DNA of 38,996 nt from Basidiobolus meristosporus CBS 931.73 (taxonomy: Eukaryota; Fungi; Basidiobolomycota), in NCBI GenBank assembly GCA_002104905.1, contig MCFE01000755.1:1-38996 (forward strand), given 5' to 3'. Each line of letters opens with the position of its first letter. The first letter of the stretch is position 1. Shown here piece by piece: positions 22,323 through 34,328 of this stretch. The position numbers and the translations under genes were made by a program. The notes beneath the pieces are model-generated. The model was not told the DNA's origin. It was given only the letters and a program-made list of their open reading frames with translations, and did no database searches.

Positions 22323-23940
22323 TAAAACATCTATGTATATAGATGTCTACCTGGACAAATTGAACATATTGACCCCCTTGATCAAGTTGAATACTTTATT
22401 GATAGGTTGAAGGAAAGAACTTTTAAGGAAGTGAATTATCAGAGAACTCAGACTATTGAAGAAGCTATAAGGATTGCCATTGACTATGACTCAGCTATGT
22501 TTGGAGTTAGGCAGCCCGCAATCACTAATCAGAGGGGCTACAATCACTATGAAAGAAGACACTCCAAAACATTGCCAATGAAAATAGACATTATGCTAAA
22601 GAATCTCAGCTCAGAAGAATGTAAGATGAAAGGGTATGCTTTAATTGCCACCTGCAAGGACATATTGCAAAGTACTGTCCTCAGAGAAGATATGGATACC
22701 AGTCAATAAGAACCTAAAACTACATTGATGCCCTTGAGCATAGTAACATGGAGGGCAAACTTGAAGAAGAATCAGAATTCAACTTCCATATGACAGAATA
22801 ATGCCTATCCCAAATGACAAGAAACTTTGGACAGCTATTATACTACAATGAAGTAATTAATGGAGTACCTTCCAAGATCATTATTGACTTGGAAGCATTG
22901 CATGAGTACATGTCAGAGCAATTTGCGTTGAAAGCTGGAATTAACTTGTAGCTCACCAAGTCAACTTCAGTCTCAACAGCAGATAGGAACTCTTATATAA
23001 TCAACTGTATTACTCAGCCAGTAAGAATGAAGATCAATGACTATGAAGAATACCTACAGGCCTTTATATTTTGGAGCTGCAAGTTTAATGTTGGACTTGG
23101 ATGACCTGGCTACTTTGCTGTAATATATCAAACAACAGGAGAACCAATGCTACTCTGATGATGAAGGACAACAAGACCTATGCATTATTACCTGCCAGAC
23201 TGGATTTCAACATGGTTAATTTAAGTCTGTGTAAAACAAATGAACTTAGCAAAATATAATTTTGTAGAGCACTTACAAAAGGTACCCAGATGTTGCTCAT
23301 AGTGATATTACAGAGGGACCCCTCTACTCCAGCACCCCATAAGGTCCAAATACTTTTGAAGGAATACCCAGACGTGTTTTTAGATGAACCTGTAAGCTTA
23401 AGTTTGATGGATCATTTAGAAAATGCTTACCAAGTATGCAAATGGAGCTGTCAGTAGATGTATGAGTATATAGACCAAGCACTTTCTGCCTGCAGAGTTA
23501 GAGTGCACAACACCACTCAACAATTGCCATTTTACTTAGTGTATGGATATGAACCAAGGATTCCAGGAGATCTCACACGACCAAAGTTTAGAGATGCCTT
23601 AGAACATGAACTCAGTCAGCCAGACAGACACCAGCAGACAGAGCAAGTATATTGACAGGCACAGGCCAAATTATCTCAAAGTGCAAAAAAGATGAAGCAG
23701 AGATTTGTTAAGACTATATCACCAGAAGCATTGACAGTTAAGAACTTTGTATTGCTGAGAAACAACACATGATAGAAGTTTGAGCCACAATGAACAAGAC
23801 CTTTCAAGATCATCAAACAGTGTCTTTTTGCAACTTGCCAACCAGTGGACAAAGAAGGTGATATCCAGGAGGACTTAGTTTATAGTGGGAGACTAAAACT
23901 TGCAAGACCTGGTGACATTACTGAACCATCAAGATATTAG

Positions 23941-24309
23941 TGTTACAAGTCTTGGTGTAAGAGTAGTAGAGGATTAGGGAGTTTAGCTAGTATTGTACTC
24001 ACTAAAACTTGAACCAATCTTTGTTGAGGTTCCAGCAGCTCCTTATATACATTTTGCCAGATCAATTGCTGACTAATTGTATTTCCTGATGTAGGCTGTG
24101 GCAGATGACTCATTTGATTGCATCATCATCACCTAATAAGATCCTACTTAACATATTTATTTCTGTCTGATAAGGATCTGCTGACTCATTTGCTGACTAA
24201 TGCTACTGATTTGATAGATGATACTAATATACTGATAAGCTGAACATATAACTAAATGATTTGACTAAAAACTGATCTAACTCAAACATTCAAGCAGCAG
24301 ATCATAAAA
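23941..24309 (-). repeat. Solo gypsy LTR inserted in the G3 integrase tail, TTAG target duplication
   Basis: Reverse complement of the 368-bp LTR; TTAG at 23937-23940 and 24310-24313 (a 5-bp ATTAG reading is also possible); the host sequence rejoins as at 29440-29450. Confidence 0.88.
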
Positions 24310-24641
24310 TTAGAATCATAAGAAACATGATTCAGGAGCGCACTCTCACATTTAGTACAGGAGAATGTTATGATCTACTGGTTAAATGTTTAAGTTAGTT
24401 CAATTTTGATCAAATCAATTAGTTTTATGTTTAGCTTACCAGAATGTCAGTGTTATCTCTCAGATTTGTTGTATTGGTCAGCAGATGAAATAGCAGATCC
24501 TTATCATATAGATATATATATATTAAGTTGGATCTTATTGGGTGATGACAAGGTGGTCAAGTGAGTCATCAGCCACAACCTACACCAGGGGATACAATTA
24601 GTCAGCAATTGATCTGGCAAAATCTATATAAGGAGCTGTTG

Positions 24642-24780
24642 CGTTATGATATACCGCTTGAATGTCTAAGTTAGATTAGTTTTTAGCCAAATCAATCAGT
24701 TACCTGTCAGTCTATTAGTACATGAATGTTATCTATCAAATCAGCAGCTTCAGCAGAAACTACTAAGAAGACTTCTAACA
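24642..24780 (+). repeat. Internally deleted 139-bp mini-LTR of the same gypsy family, inserted in the G3 3' LTR
   Basis: Starts CGTTATGATATACCGCTTG, ends AAGACTTCTAACA; flanks GTTG/GCTG duplicate the host AAGGAGCT-GCTG-GAACC. Confidence 0.75.
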
Positions 24781-24877
24781 GCTGGAACCTCAATAAAGAT
24801 CAGTTCAAGTTTAAGTGAATACAAGACTAGCTAAACTCCCTTTTCTGCTTCAACTCTTGGATTGAGACTTGTAGCCA

Positions 24878-25358
24878 GAGTCACAGTTGCTGTTAAGACA
24901 GGATTTACTGCTTAGCAGTCTTCCATCTTTGATTGTCTGTCATCTTGAGGGAGGCTTCTTCTTTCTTCAGGAGAGTGGTTTCAGGTTATTACTGCAACCA
25001 ATGTTATATGTCTTGATATAAGTGATGTGTTGGAATAGGGAGTCTAGTAGGTAGAGGATTAAATAAACCTGAACTGATTTTACTGAAGTTCTAGTAACTC
25101 CTTGAATAAATTTTGCCCAATCAATTGCTGATTGATTGTGTTTCCTAATGCATGTTGTGACTGATAACTCATTTGATAGCATCAATATCACCAAATTAGA
25201 TCTTACTTAATATATCCAATTCTGTCTAACCAAATCTGCTAGTTTTCTGCTGTCTAATACAGCTGATTTAATAAATATATTGATATAATGAATAGCTAAA
25301 CATAAAGCTAACTGATATGACTACAAACAGATCTAACTTAAATATCCAAGCAGTAGAT
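24878..25358 (-). mobile_element. Gypsy 5' LTR (25002-25358, outermost 7 bp missing) plus PBS and leader, minus strand (G4)
   Basis: The reverse complement matches 25366-25850, including TTGGTTGCAG at the PBS position. Confidence 0.82.
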
Positions 25359-25726
25359 TGTTATGATCTGCCACTTGAATGTTTAAGTCAGATCAGTTTT
25401 TAGTCAAATCAACCAGTATATGTTTAGGTTATCAGTATATCAGTATTATCTATCAAATCAGTAGCATTAGTCAGCAAATGAATCAGCAGATCCTTATTAG
25501 ACAGAAATAGATATAATAAGTAGGATCTTATTGGGTGATGATGATGCAATCAAATGAGTCATCAGTCACAACCTACATTAGGAAATACAATTAGTCAGCA
25601 ATTGATCTGGCAAAATATATATAAGGAGCTGCTGGAACCTCAATAAAAATCAGTTCAAGTTTTAGTGAATACAATACTAGCTAAACTCCCTATTCCCCTA
25701 CAACTCTTATACCAAGGCTTGTAACA
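25359..25726 (+). repeat. G1 5' LTR
   Basis: TGTTATGATC...TTGTAACA; TATATAA at 25618-25624 and AATAAA at 25642-25647. Confidence 0.95.
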
Positions 25727-25727
25727 T

Positions 25728-25737
25728 TGGTAGCAGC
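25728..25737 (+). promoter_or_regulatory. Primer-binding site, 3' end of tRNA-iMet (TGGTAGCAGC)
   Basis: TGGTAGC is the complement of the GCUACCA 3' end of eukaryotic initiator tRNA; it lies 1 nt after the LTR. Confidence 0.8.
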
Positions 25738-25877
25738 TATAACCAGAAACCTCCCTCCTGATGAAAGAAGAAACCACCCTCAAGATGTAAGAAAATCAAG
25801 CATGGAAGAATGCCATGCAGCAAATCCTGGCCCAATAGCAACAGTTACTCCAGATCCCCAGCCAACAACAACAAGGA

Positions 25878-28800
25878 ATGACTACCTTGGCTCAGAGCCA
25901 GCAAAGCCCTGTCAAGAGCAACTTTAGTGTGAAGGTCAACCAGTACCATGGCAGAGTCAATGAAAACCTGGGGACTTGGCACTTTCAGATTGTAGAAGCT
26001 TTTAAAGCTAAAGTAATTGCTCCAGAAAGCAAGTTGTATTATGCAGCTTCTTACCTGGCAGATGTAGCTTTACAGTGGTACCACAACTAGATCAGGTCAG
26101 CCACTATGATGGGAAGCTCTACAATCTCTACCTGGGATGAGTTTGTGTTGGAAATTCAGGATGCTTTTGAACCTCCACACCAGCAGACACTACTAAGAAG
26201 GAAGTTAAAGACACTCAGACAGAAAGGAATGGTTCAAAAATACATCTGTGAGTACAGATGTCTACTTGGACAAATTGAAAGAATGGACCCCCTGGATCAA
26301 GTTGAATACTTTATTGATGGGTTGAAAGAAAGAACTTACAAGGAAGTGAATTATTGAAGACCTTGGACTACTGAAGAAGCCATCAAGATTGCCATTGACT
26401 ATGACTCAGCTATGCTTGGAGTTGGGAAGCCTAAAGTGACTAATCAGAAAGGCTACAATCATTATGAAAGAAGACAGTCAGAAGCAGTACCAATGGAAAT
26501 AGATGCTATGCAGAAGAATCCTACCTCAGAAGAATGTAAGAAGAAAGGACTTTGCTTCAATTGCCACCAGCAAGGACATATTGCAAAGTACTGCCCTCAG
26601 AGAAGAAATGGACACCAGCCATCAAGATCCTTTAACCGTATTGAGGCCATGGAGCATAGTAACATGGAGGATAAACTTGAAAAAGACTCAGAACTCACCT
26701 TCCACATGATAGAAGAATTCCTATCCCAGATGACCTTAAACTCAGGAAAGCTATTATACTTGAATAGAGTAATCAATGGAGTACCTGCCAAGATCATGAT
26801 TGACTCAGGAGCATTGCATGAGTACATGTCAGAACAATTTGCTCTGAAAGCTGGAATCAACTTGGAACCTGCCAAATCAGTTTCAGTCTCAACAGCTGAT
26901 GGGAACTCTCACATAATCTACTGTATTACTCTGCCAGTAAGAATGAAGATCAATGAATATGAAGAAGACCTACAGGCTAATATATTTAGGAACTGCAAGT
27001 TTGACCTTGTACTTGGAAAAACCTGGCTATTTTTTTTGTAATCCATCAGTCAACTGGAGAACCCATGCTACTCAGATCCAAAAAGCCAACAAGACCTATG
27101 AGCTATTACCTGCCAGGCTGGATTTCAACTTGGTCAATTCCAGTATGTGTAAGACAAGTGAACTTGGCAAGACCCAGTTCTGTAGAGCGCTTAGAAAAGA
27201 TACCCAGATGTTCCTCATTGCAGTATTACAGGAGGATTCCACTACCCTAGCACCCCAGCAGGTCCAGACTCTCTTGAAGAAATATTCAGACATGTTTCCA
27301 GATGAGCTTGTAAGCTCACCACCGGTCAGAGACGTGGATCATGCCATTGACACAGGAGTTAGCCCTCCAGTGAGCAAGACACCTTACAGAATGAGTCCAT
27401 TGGAATTGGAGGAAATGAAGAAACAAATTGATCAGCTATTGGAGCAAGGGTACATCAGACCCAGCAAGTCACCTTGGGGAGCACCAGTGCATTTTGTGAA
27501 AAAGAAGGATGGAACACTCAGCATGTGCATTGACTACAGAGCCCTGAACTCAGTTACCATCAAGATAGAGTACCCCATACCTTGGATTGGTGAGCTTTCA
27601 AACCAACTTAATGGACCACTATTTTCAGCAAGATTGACCTTGTGTCAGGATACAACCAGATTAGGGTGAAGCCAGAAGACATCCCTAAGACAGCATTCAG
27701 GACCAGATCTGGACATTACAAGTACTTAGTAATGAGTCTTGGCCTCACCAATGCCCTTGCAACTTTCATGACCCTGATGCAGACTGTCTTCCAGGAGTAC
27801 TTTGACAAGTTTGTCATAATCTACCTAGATGATATACTGATATACAGCAAGACAGAAGAGGATCACTTGGTGCACATTGAAAAGGTCTTGAGAAAGCTAA
27901 GAGAGAACAAGCTTTATGGCAAGCTACCCAAGTGTGAATTCTTCAAGGAACATGTTGAAAATCTGGGACACATAGTGACCAGCACAGGAGTAACCTTAGA
28001 CCCCAAGAAGGTGGAAGTAATCAAGAATCTGAAGCAGCCCCATAGCGTATCAGAGCTCAGATCATTCCTTGGATTGGTTTCCTATTATCAGAGATTTGTC
28101 AAGTTGTTTGCAAGTATTGCAGCCCCTTTAACTGATATCCTCAAGAAAGACAATACCTACAAGTGGGACATAGCTTGTGAGACTGCCTTCCAGACGCTCA
28201 AGAATGAACTTGCTAAGCTGCCAAGCTTAAGAATACCAGACTCCAGGAATGAGTTCACTCTGTGCACAAATGCTTCAGATTATGCAATTGGTGGAGTGCT
28301 GAGCCAAGAACACAAGGGAAAGGACTACCCTGTTGCCTTTGAATCCATGAAACTGAACTCAGCAGAACAAAACTATTCAGTCCATGAGAAAGAGATGCTT
28401 TCTATTAAACATTGTTTGAAGACATGGAGATGCTATATTGAAGGAGTCAAATGCACTGTGAAGACTGATCATGCCTCCCTCAAGTATATATTTACTCAGA
28501 AGCTACTCGCTGGAAAAGTGACAACATGGAGTGAATACATTCAGCAATTTGACCTGGAGAATTGCCAAACTCTTTCCCTTGGAGCCTGTAAGACCATTTG
28601 AAAGATGGGGAATTGACTCTATTGGAAGACTGCCAACTACCAGAAGATGCAACCGGTGAATCCTGATAGCAATTGACCATGCCACTAAATGGCCAGTTGC
28701 TAAAGCTGTACCAATAGCCAGTGAACAAGAAGTTGCAAGTTTCATTTACCGTGAAATCCTGACAAAGTTTGGATGCACTGTGGAGATCTTATCTGATAGA

Positions 28801-29486
28801 GGAGCAAACTTTATGGCAAAGATATTAGAGGCTTATCTGGAAATGCTGCAGATCAGACACTTGAAAACCTTGGCATATCACCCTAGGACTAATGGAGTCA
28901 CTCAGTGGTTTAATGGATTATTTGGAAAGATGCTGACCAAGTATGCAAATGGAGTTGTCAGTATATGGGATGAGTACATAGACCAAGCACTCTTTGCATG
29001 CAGAGTCAGAGTACACAACACCACCCAGCAATCACAATTTTACTTAGTGTATGGATGTGAACCAAGGATTCCAGGAGATCTCACACAACCAAAGCTTAGA
29101 GACACTTTAGAAGATGAACTCAGTCAGCCAAGTAGACACCAGCAACTGGAACAAAGACGTCAAGAGGCACAGACCAAAGTATCTCAAAGTGCAGAAAAGA
29201 TGAAGCAGAGATTTGATAAGACTATAGCACCAGAAGCATTGACAATTGGGAACTTTGTATTGCTAAGAAACAACAATTGAAAGAAGTTATGAGCCACAAT
29301 GGACCATTCAAGATCATCAGAGAATGTCCATTTGCAACTTACCAACTGGTGGACAAACAAGGCAATATTTGGGAAGACTTAGTGCATAGGGACAGACTCA
29401 AGCTTGCAAGCCTTGCTGATAATACTGATCCATCAAGATATTGGTATCACAAGAAAAGAGATTCAGGAGAGCCCTCTCAACATTAG
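25878..29486 (+). pseudogene. gag-pol: gypsy gag-pol with stops, frameshifts and a ~400-bp deletion at ~28558
   Basis: gag (WDEFVLEIQDAF), CCHC knuckle CFNCHQQGHIAKYC, protease IMIDSGA, RT YLDDILIYS, RNase H ASDYAIGGVLSQ and YSVHEKEML, integrase ILSDRGANF and YHPRTNG, GPF motif. The in-frame stops (TAG, TGA) are consistent with C>T changes from CAG and CGA. Confidence 0.95.
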
Positions 29487-29496
29487 TAGGGGAGAA
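29485..29496 (+). promoter_or_regulatory. gypsy polypurine tract (AGTAGGGGAGAA)
   Basis: Directly precedes the 3' LTR. Confidence 0.8.
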
Positions 29497-29864
29497 TATT
29501 ATGATCTGCCGCTTGAATGTTTAAGTTGGATCAGTTTTTAGTCAAATCAATTAGTATATGTTTAGGTTATCAGTATATCAGTATTATCTATCAAATCAGT
29601 AGCATTAGTCAGCAAATGAATCAGCAGATCCTTATCAGACAGAAATAGATATAATAAGTAGGATCTTATTGGGTGATGATGATGCAATCAAATGAGTCAT
29701 CAGTCACAACATACATTAGGAAATACAATTAGTCAGCAATTGATCTGGCAAAATGTATGTAAGGAGCTGCTGGAACCTCAATAAAAATCAGTTCAAGTTT
29801 TAGTGAATACAATACTAGCTAAACTCCCTATTCCTCTACAACTCTTATACCAAGACTTGTAACA
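29497..29864 (+). repeat. G1 3' LTR
   Basis: 368 bp, about 96.7% identical to the 5' LTR by manual count. Confidence 0.95.
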
Positions 29865-30032
29865 CCCTAGAGCTAATGGAGTTACTGAGCAGGTTAATGC
29901 AGAAGCTAGAAAAATGCTGACCAGGTTTAAAAACAGAGCTGTTAGTAGATAAGATGAATATGTAGACCAAGCACTTTTTGCCTGCAGAGTCACAGTGCAC
30001 AATAGAGCCTAATAATTGCAATTTTACTTAGT
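29865..30032 (+). pseudogene. gypsy integrase fragment abutting the G1 3' LTR
   Basis: PRANGVTEQVNAEARKMLT and YVDQALFACRVTVHN resemble 28880-29045. Confidence 0.75.
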
Positions 30033-30964
30033 AAAATCACAATGGTTCTGTTTAAATATCACGGAGATGTATTGGAAGTAAATTGGAAAATCAAAGGATT
30101 GACATGATATTTACCTGACTTTAATTGAGTGCAATACAGCATTGATACATATTGCAAAACTGTGTAAGTGAACTATCTGGTTGCTATCATGGGAGTTTCA
30201 GAAGTGCATATGCCAAATTTCTGCTCATTTGAACAAGCTTCAGATTTACCCAAAATTTTGTACATCAGTAATTCTTCACAGTTAGTAAATATTTACAAAG
30301 TATTTTTCTAGTTGATAGTCTAAATACATCATTAGGAGGTTTTTCAATTCAGAAGGCACCCATAGGGTGATCAGATCAGAAAGATACTATATAGCAATAA
30401 GCAAGCTCTTAGAGCATGGTGCTACAAGTTGAGCACAAACTTACAGGATTGTGAGTTCATCTTTAGACTACTGTAGCTCAGCTTGCATTTTTGAATGGAG
30501 AACCTGATAAGAACATGTATATGGGCTAACATGATGTGCCCACTGACTAAGATAACCCCCATTTGGTCTGCAGGCTTAAAACATTTCTGTATGGTCTCAA
30601 ACAGTGATTAAGAGCCTGGATATGCAAGATATATTCCTATTTGGAATCTTTTAGTTTCAAAAGTAGTAATGCTGACTATTGTATATACTATTAGCCAGAT
30701 AGATCAAATCCAGTTCTATCAATTATATATGTGAATGATCTTATTGTAGCCACCAATAACCTAGAAACATTAGACTGGACTAAATGCAGCCTATCTAAGG
30801 AATTCAAGATGTTCAATCTAGGAGAACTCAGTTACTACTTGAATATGAAGTTCTCCATAGACAGAAGTTCCCAGATTATTCCCCTAAGCTCATCCACAAA
30901 TATTCAAGATATACTAAAGAAATAGAAGATGGAAGACTGTAAACCAGCAGCTACCCCCAAGAAA

Positions 30965-31690
30965 AATCCCCAACTTGGAATTCATCTGACTTTCAGCTAG
31001 TATTCAGCTGGTATTCTATTGGTATTCTGTTGGTATTCTAATGGTATTCTGCTGGTATTGTGCTGGTATTTTGCTGGTATTCAGCTGATGTTCTTATTCA
31101 AAACTTCAAATGCAAATTTTGACTGAAGTAATTGTTGAAATATTGGACTATTTGGGATCACTCAGCAGCTAAAAGCTTACTCAACAATTCTGGACTAATC
31201 TTGGTCACTGTGGGACTAATTTACAGCTCTAACTTTGCCACTCTCTTCAGATCTATGATCTTATGATTATTCTCCTATAGTGAGGATCAAATTAGCACTA
31301 TTACTAAACATTATGTACTAACCCTGAAACTGTTACAGAATGCCCCTGAGTATTGAGAATCCCTCCTTACTTAGTGTTACAGCTACATTACTTCTAAAAA
31401 GGTATAAATACTGAGCTTCTTTATTGATCAACAACAGTTCAACTATTATCACTATTTCCTGATAAGTTCCTTATATCTAAACCACTTCTTAAGTTGCAAC
31501 AGCATTGGGCAGTTAATAACCAAATTTGATATGAATGGTGGTAGGCTTAGTCTTCTCCTGGAGAGTTTGTTTGCTTTCCTGCTTATAAGCTACCAGTCAG
31601 AGATATGAAGGGTTGTCAATTTTGAGAGAGTTGAAGTTCACCTGATATTACAATGATATTTTGCTGGCCTTTTGATAATATTTTTTCTTA
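30965..31690. other. Unassigned ~0.7-kb insertion in the copia RT
   Basis: Copia homology stops after CAGCTACCCCCAAG and resumes at GGCTACTCCAATGGAGACAAAC; boundaries approximate. Confidence 0.6.
30997..31084 (+). repeat. Minisatellite, 8 x 11 bp (consensus CTGGTATTCTG)
   Basis: ctagtattcag ctggtattcta ttggtattctg ttggtattcta atggtattctg ctggtattgtg ctggtattttg ctggtattcag. Confidence 0.95.
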
Positions 31691-32849
31691 GGGCTACTCC
31701 AATGGAGACAAACCTTAGCTTGGTCAAAACTTAGCCATATCAAGAGAGCTTGGAGCCATCTAAAAGCCTTGACTTTATCTAGCAATCTACATTTGGTAGT
31801 CTGATGTATATCATGCTTGGAAGATGTTCAGATGTCACACATTCAGTGTGAGTTGTCAGCCAACATAATCCAGACTATAAACCTGATCATATTGCGGCAG
31901 TTTAGCTGATTGTTAGATACTAAAAAGAATCTGCTGATATCTGCTTAAGATACACCAATAAGAATCCAGAACAAGATCTTGTGAGATACTCCAATGCTGA
32001 TTGGGGGCAAATCCAAAAGACAGTCAATCCACCACCAGATACACCTTCCTTAACTGTAAAGTAGCAATTTCATTGAATTCAACATAGCAACCAACTGTAA
32101 CACTTTCCACCATCAATGCAGGGACATTGCAGCCTGTGAAGCTCCAAAAGAGGCAAGGTGGTTAAGGAAGCATTTTAAAGATTCAGGCTTGTGTCAAAAA
32201 AACCTATTGCTTTATTTCAGGATAATCTAGGATGTATATAATCTAGTAGAAAGCCAACTTTTCATGCTAAAGCTAAGCACATAAATATTGGATATCATTT
32301 TATATGTGAAGCTATAGAGCATAACATGTTCTAATTGGTTAATTGTTCTACAAATGAAATGATTGCAGACATATTTACCAAACTATTAGCTAGAGCCAAG
32401 CTTAAATGTCTTAGGTCAAAATTAGGACCAGTTAATATGAGCATTAAGTTGTGTAGGAGTGTGGTAAAGGTTTGTAGTCCCACCTAAACATTCACTTAAC
32501 TTGGTCACTAAGATCATTATCTTTAAACCCTAGAGTATATGGACCAAATTCCTTGTTGAGATTAACTTACAAATTTTCACCACAATATCAGGTACCCACA
32601 ACATGAAAATTCTCAAGGTTGTCCAAACAGCCCAGTACTTTGCACATATGTTCTTAAGACCTTCCTCAGCCTATTCTATGTGCTTGTTATGTCAAGACCA
32701 TGTAGAAGTGTAAATGCTACTTTTGCGTTCATTAAGTTGTCAAGTGAAAAATGCATACTCTACTTGTTCTCCCAATCACTTTCAGTATCTCCATGACATT
32801 ACAACAAGTACCACACTGATTACATAATCTAGGGCATATGTGCAGAGAG

Positions 32850-34022
32850 TGACTCTTGTCAGAAGTCAGGTATTCTTAAGCTTGGCAGCTTGGCAGCTAG
32901 GCATGTTCATTCTTGAGCATCTAAAAGGCAGTCTCACAGGCTATATGGCACCTCAAGGTATTTTCTTTCTTGAGTATATCAGTCAAAGGGGCTGCAATAC
33001 TTGCAAGGACCTGAAAAATCTCCAATAATAGGAAATCACTCCAAGGAATGATCTGAGTTCTGAGTTCTGTAGTCAATGCATATCCTTAGTGATCCATCCT
33101 TCTTTGTTACAAAAGGCACTAGTGCTCCCCAAGCTGACTTGCTGTGCTTGATATATCCTTGCTGTGATAGTTGCTCAATTAGTCACTTCAACTGCTCCTA
33201 TTCCAATGGACCAAAATCCAGTCAGGCAGGTAGCAGCCATGGGTTTGCTTGCCTGTTTAGATCCAAGTGGCATAGGTTCTGCAACTGATTGATGGATTAC
33301 AGTTGAACAGCCATGATTTTCCAAGTACCAGGTCTTATATGTAGTATTCAGATATGTAGGCTTATAGGTCTTCATCATAGTCATTGATCTTCATTCTTAG
33401 TGGCTGAGTAGTACTGCTGATTACGTGAGAGTTCTTATCAACTGTTGAGACTGAAGTGTATTTGGTAGGTTCTGAGCTGATTACAGGTTTAAAGGCAAAT
33501 TACTCTGACATGTACTTGTGTGAAGTTCCTGAGTTAGTTGTGATCTTGGCAGGTACTCCATAGATTGTTCAATTCAAGTGTATTAGTTTTCCTGAGCTTG
33601 AGTTCATTTAGGGAGGTACTCTTCAGTCATAAAGAAGGTGAGTTCCAAGTCTCTTTACACTCATCCTCCAAATCCCTATGCTCTTAGGCTTCAGCATGGC
33701 TGATTGTTACATTCCTCTAAGCTGCAATTTGTCTGAATAGCTCTTTCATTCTTCTGAGGTGGGATTCTTCTACATAGTTTCAATTTCCCTTGGCATTGCT
33801 CTGATTGTCTTCTTTCATAGTGGTTGTAGCTTTTCTGATACGTTACAGCAGCATTTCCAACTCTAAACATTGCTGAGTTGGAGTCAATGGTTATCTTGAT
33901 TACCACCTCAATAGTCTAAAGCCTTTAATAGCTCACTTCCTTGCATGCTCTTTCTTCAGCCCATCAATAAAGTATGCAACTTGATCAAGGGGGCCTTTCT
34001 TTCAATCTATCCAAGTGGACAT
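32850..34022 (-). mobile_element. Highly decayed gypsy gag-PR-RT/RH fragments (G5)
   Basis: The reverse complement matches G1 segments (GCTGCCAAGCTTAAGAATAC, GATCAAGTTGCATACTTTATTGATGG) with several deletions. Confidence 0.78.
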
Positions 34023-34034
34023 TAGACTTGCTCT

Positions 34035-34328
34035 GCTGGATAGTCCCACATTGAGCCATGAGTACCAAATGTGCCATAGTGTGCCAGAGAAGCCAAGTGG
34101 AGCTATAGTTGGCCGCAGAGTGTGATACACATTTCTTGATCTTGTACTGAAGGACTGAAGACATGCATCTGGTAAACAATACCCTTGGCACTTTGAATCT
34201 AGCTCCTGTGGCTTGTTGCATGTTACAAAAGTGCATGGCACTATCTGATACTATTTTTAAATATTATACCTAGAGCAAAACCTATGCAAAGCACTTACAG
34301 TACCTGATAGTGCCAGTAGACCAAGATA
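34035..34328. repeat. Second copy of the GATAGTGCCA-rich segment (34035-34252) followed by an inverted terminal piece (34268-34328)
   Basis: Aligns to 19595-19930; 34268-34328 aligns without gaps to the reverse complement of 19901-19961. Confidence 0.7.

Larger units (their letters stand above)
22323..24876 (+). mobile_element. Ty3/gypsy copy G3: 5'-truncated, ~1.6-kb RT-RH-IN deletion at ~23400, 3' LTR 24366-24876
   Basis: gag (KERTFKEVNYQR), protease region and integrase tail (ALSACRVRVHNTTQQLPFYLVYGYEPRIPG); degenerate PPT AGTACAGGAGAA, then TGTTATGATC at 24366. Confidence 0.85.
25359..29864 (+). mobile_element. Ty3/gypsy LTR retrotransposon G1, two LTRs, no chromodomain
   Basis: 368-bp LTRs at 25359-25726 and 29497-29864 (12 differences), PBS, PPT and gag-PR-RT-RH-IN order. 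Confidence 0.96.
30480..32806 (+). mobile_element. Ty1/copia copy 3, 3' half (RT-RNase H, PPT, 3' LTR 32460-32806)
   Basis: Decayed RT (YVNDLIVAT, LGELSYYLNMKF), RNase H (AKHINIGYHFICEAIE), GTGTAGGAG, then a 347-bp LTR ending TTACAACA. Confidence 0.88.

Noticed and set aside
24505-24525. (AT)n microsatellite
   Set aside because: A short slippage expansion inside a gypsy LTR, not an independent feature.
30997-31084. CRISPR array
   Set aside because: The 11-bp units are contiguous with no spacers, and there are no cas genes; this is a minisatellite.
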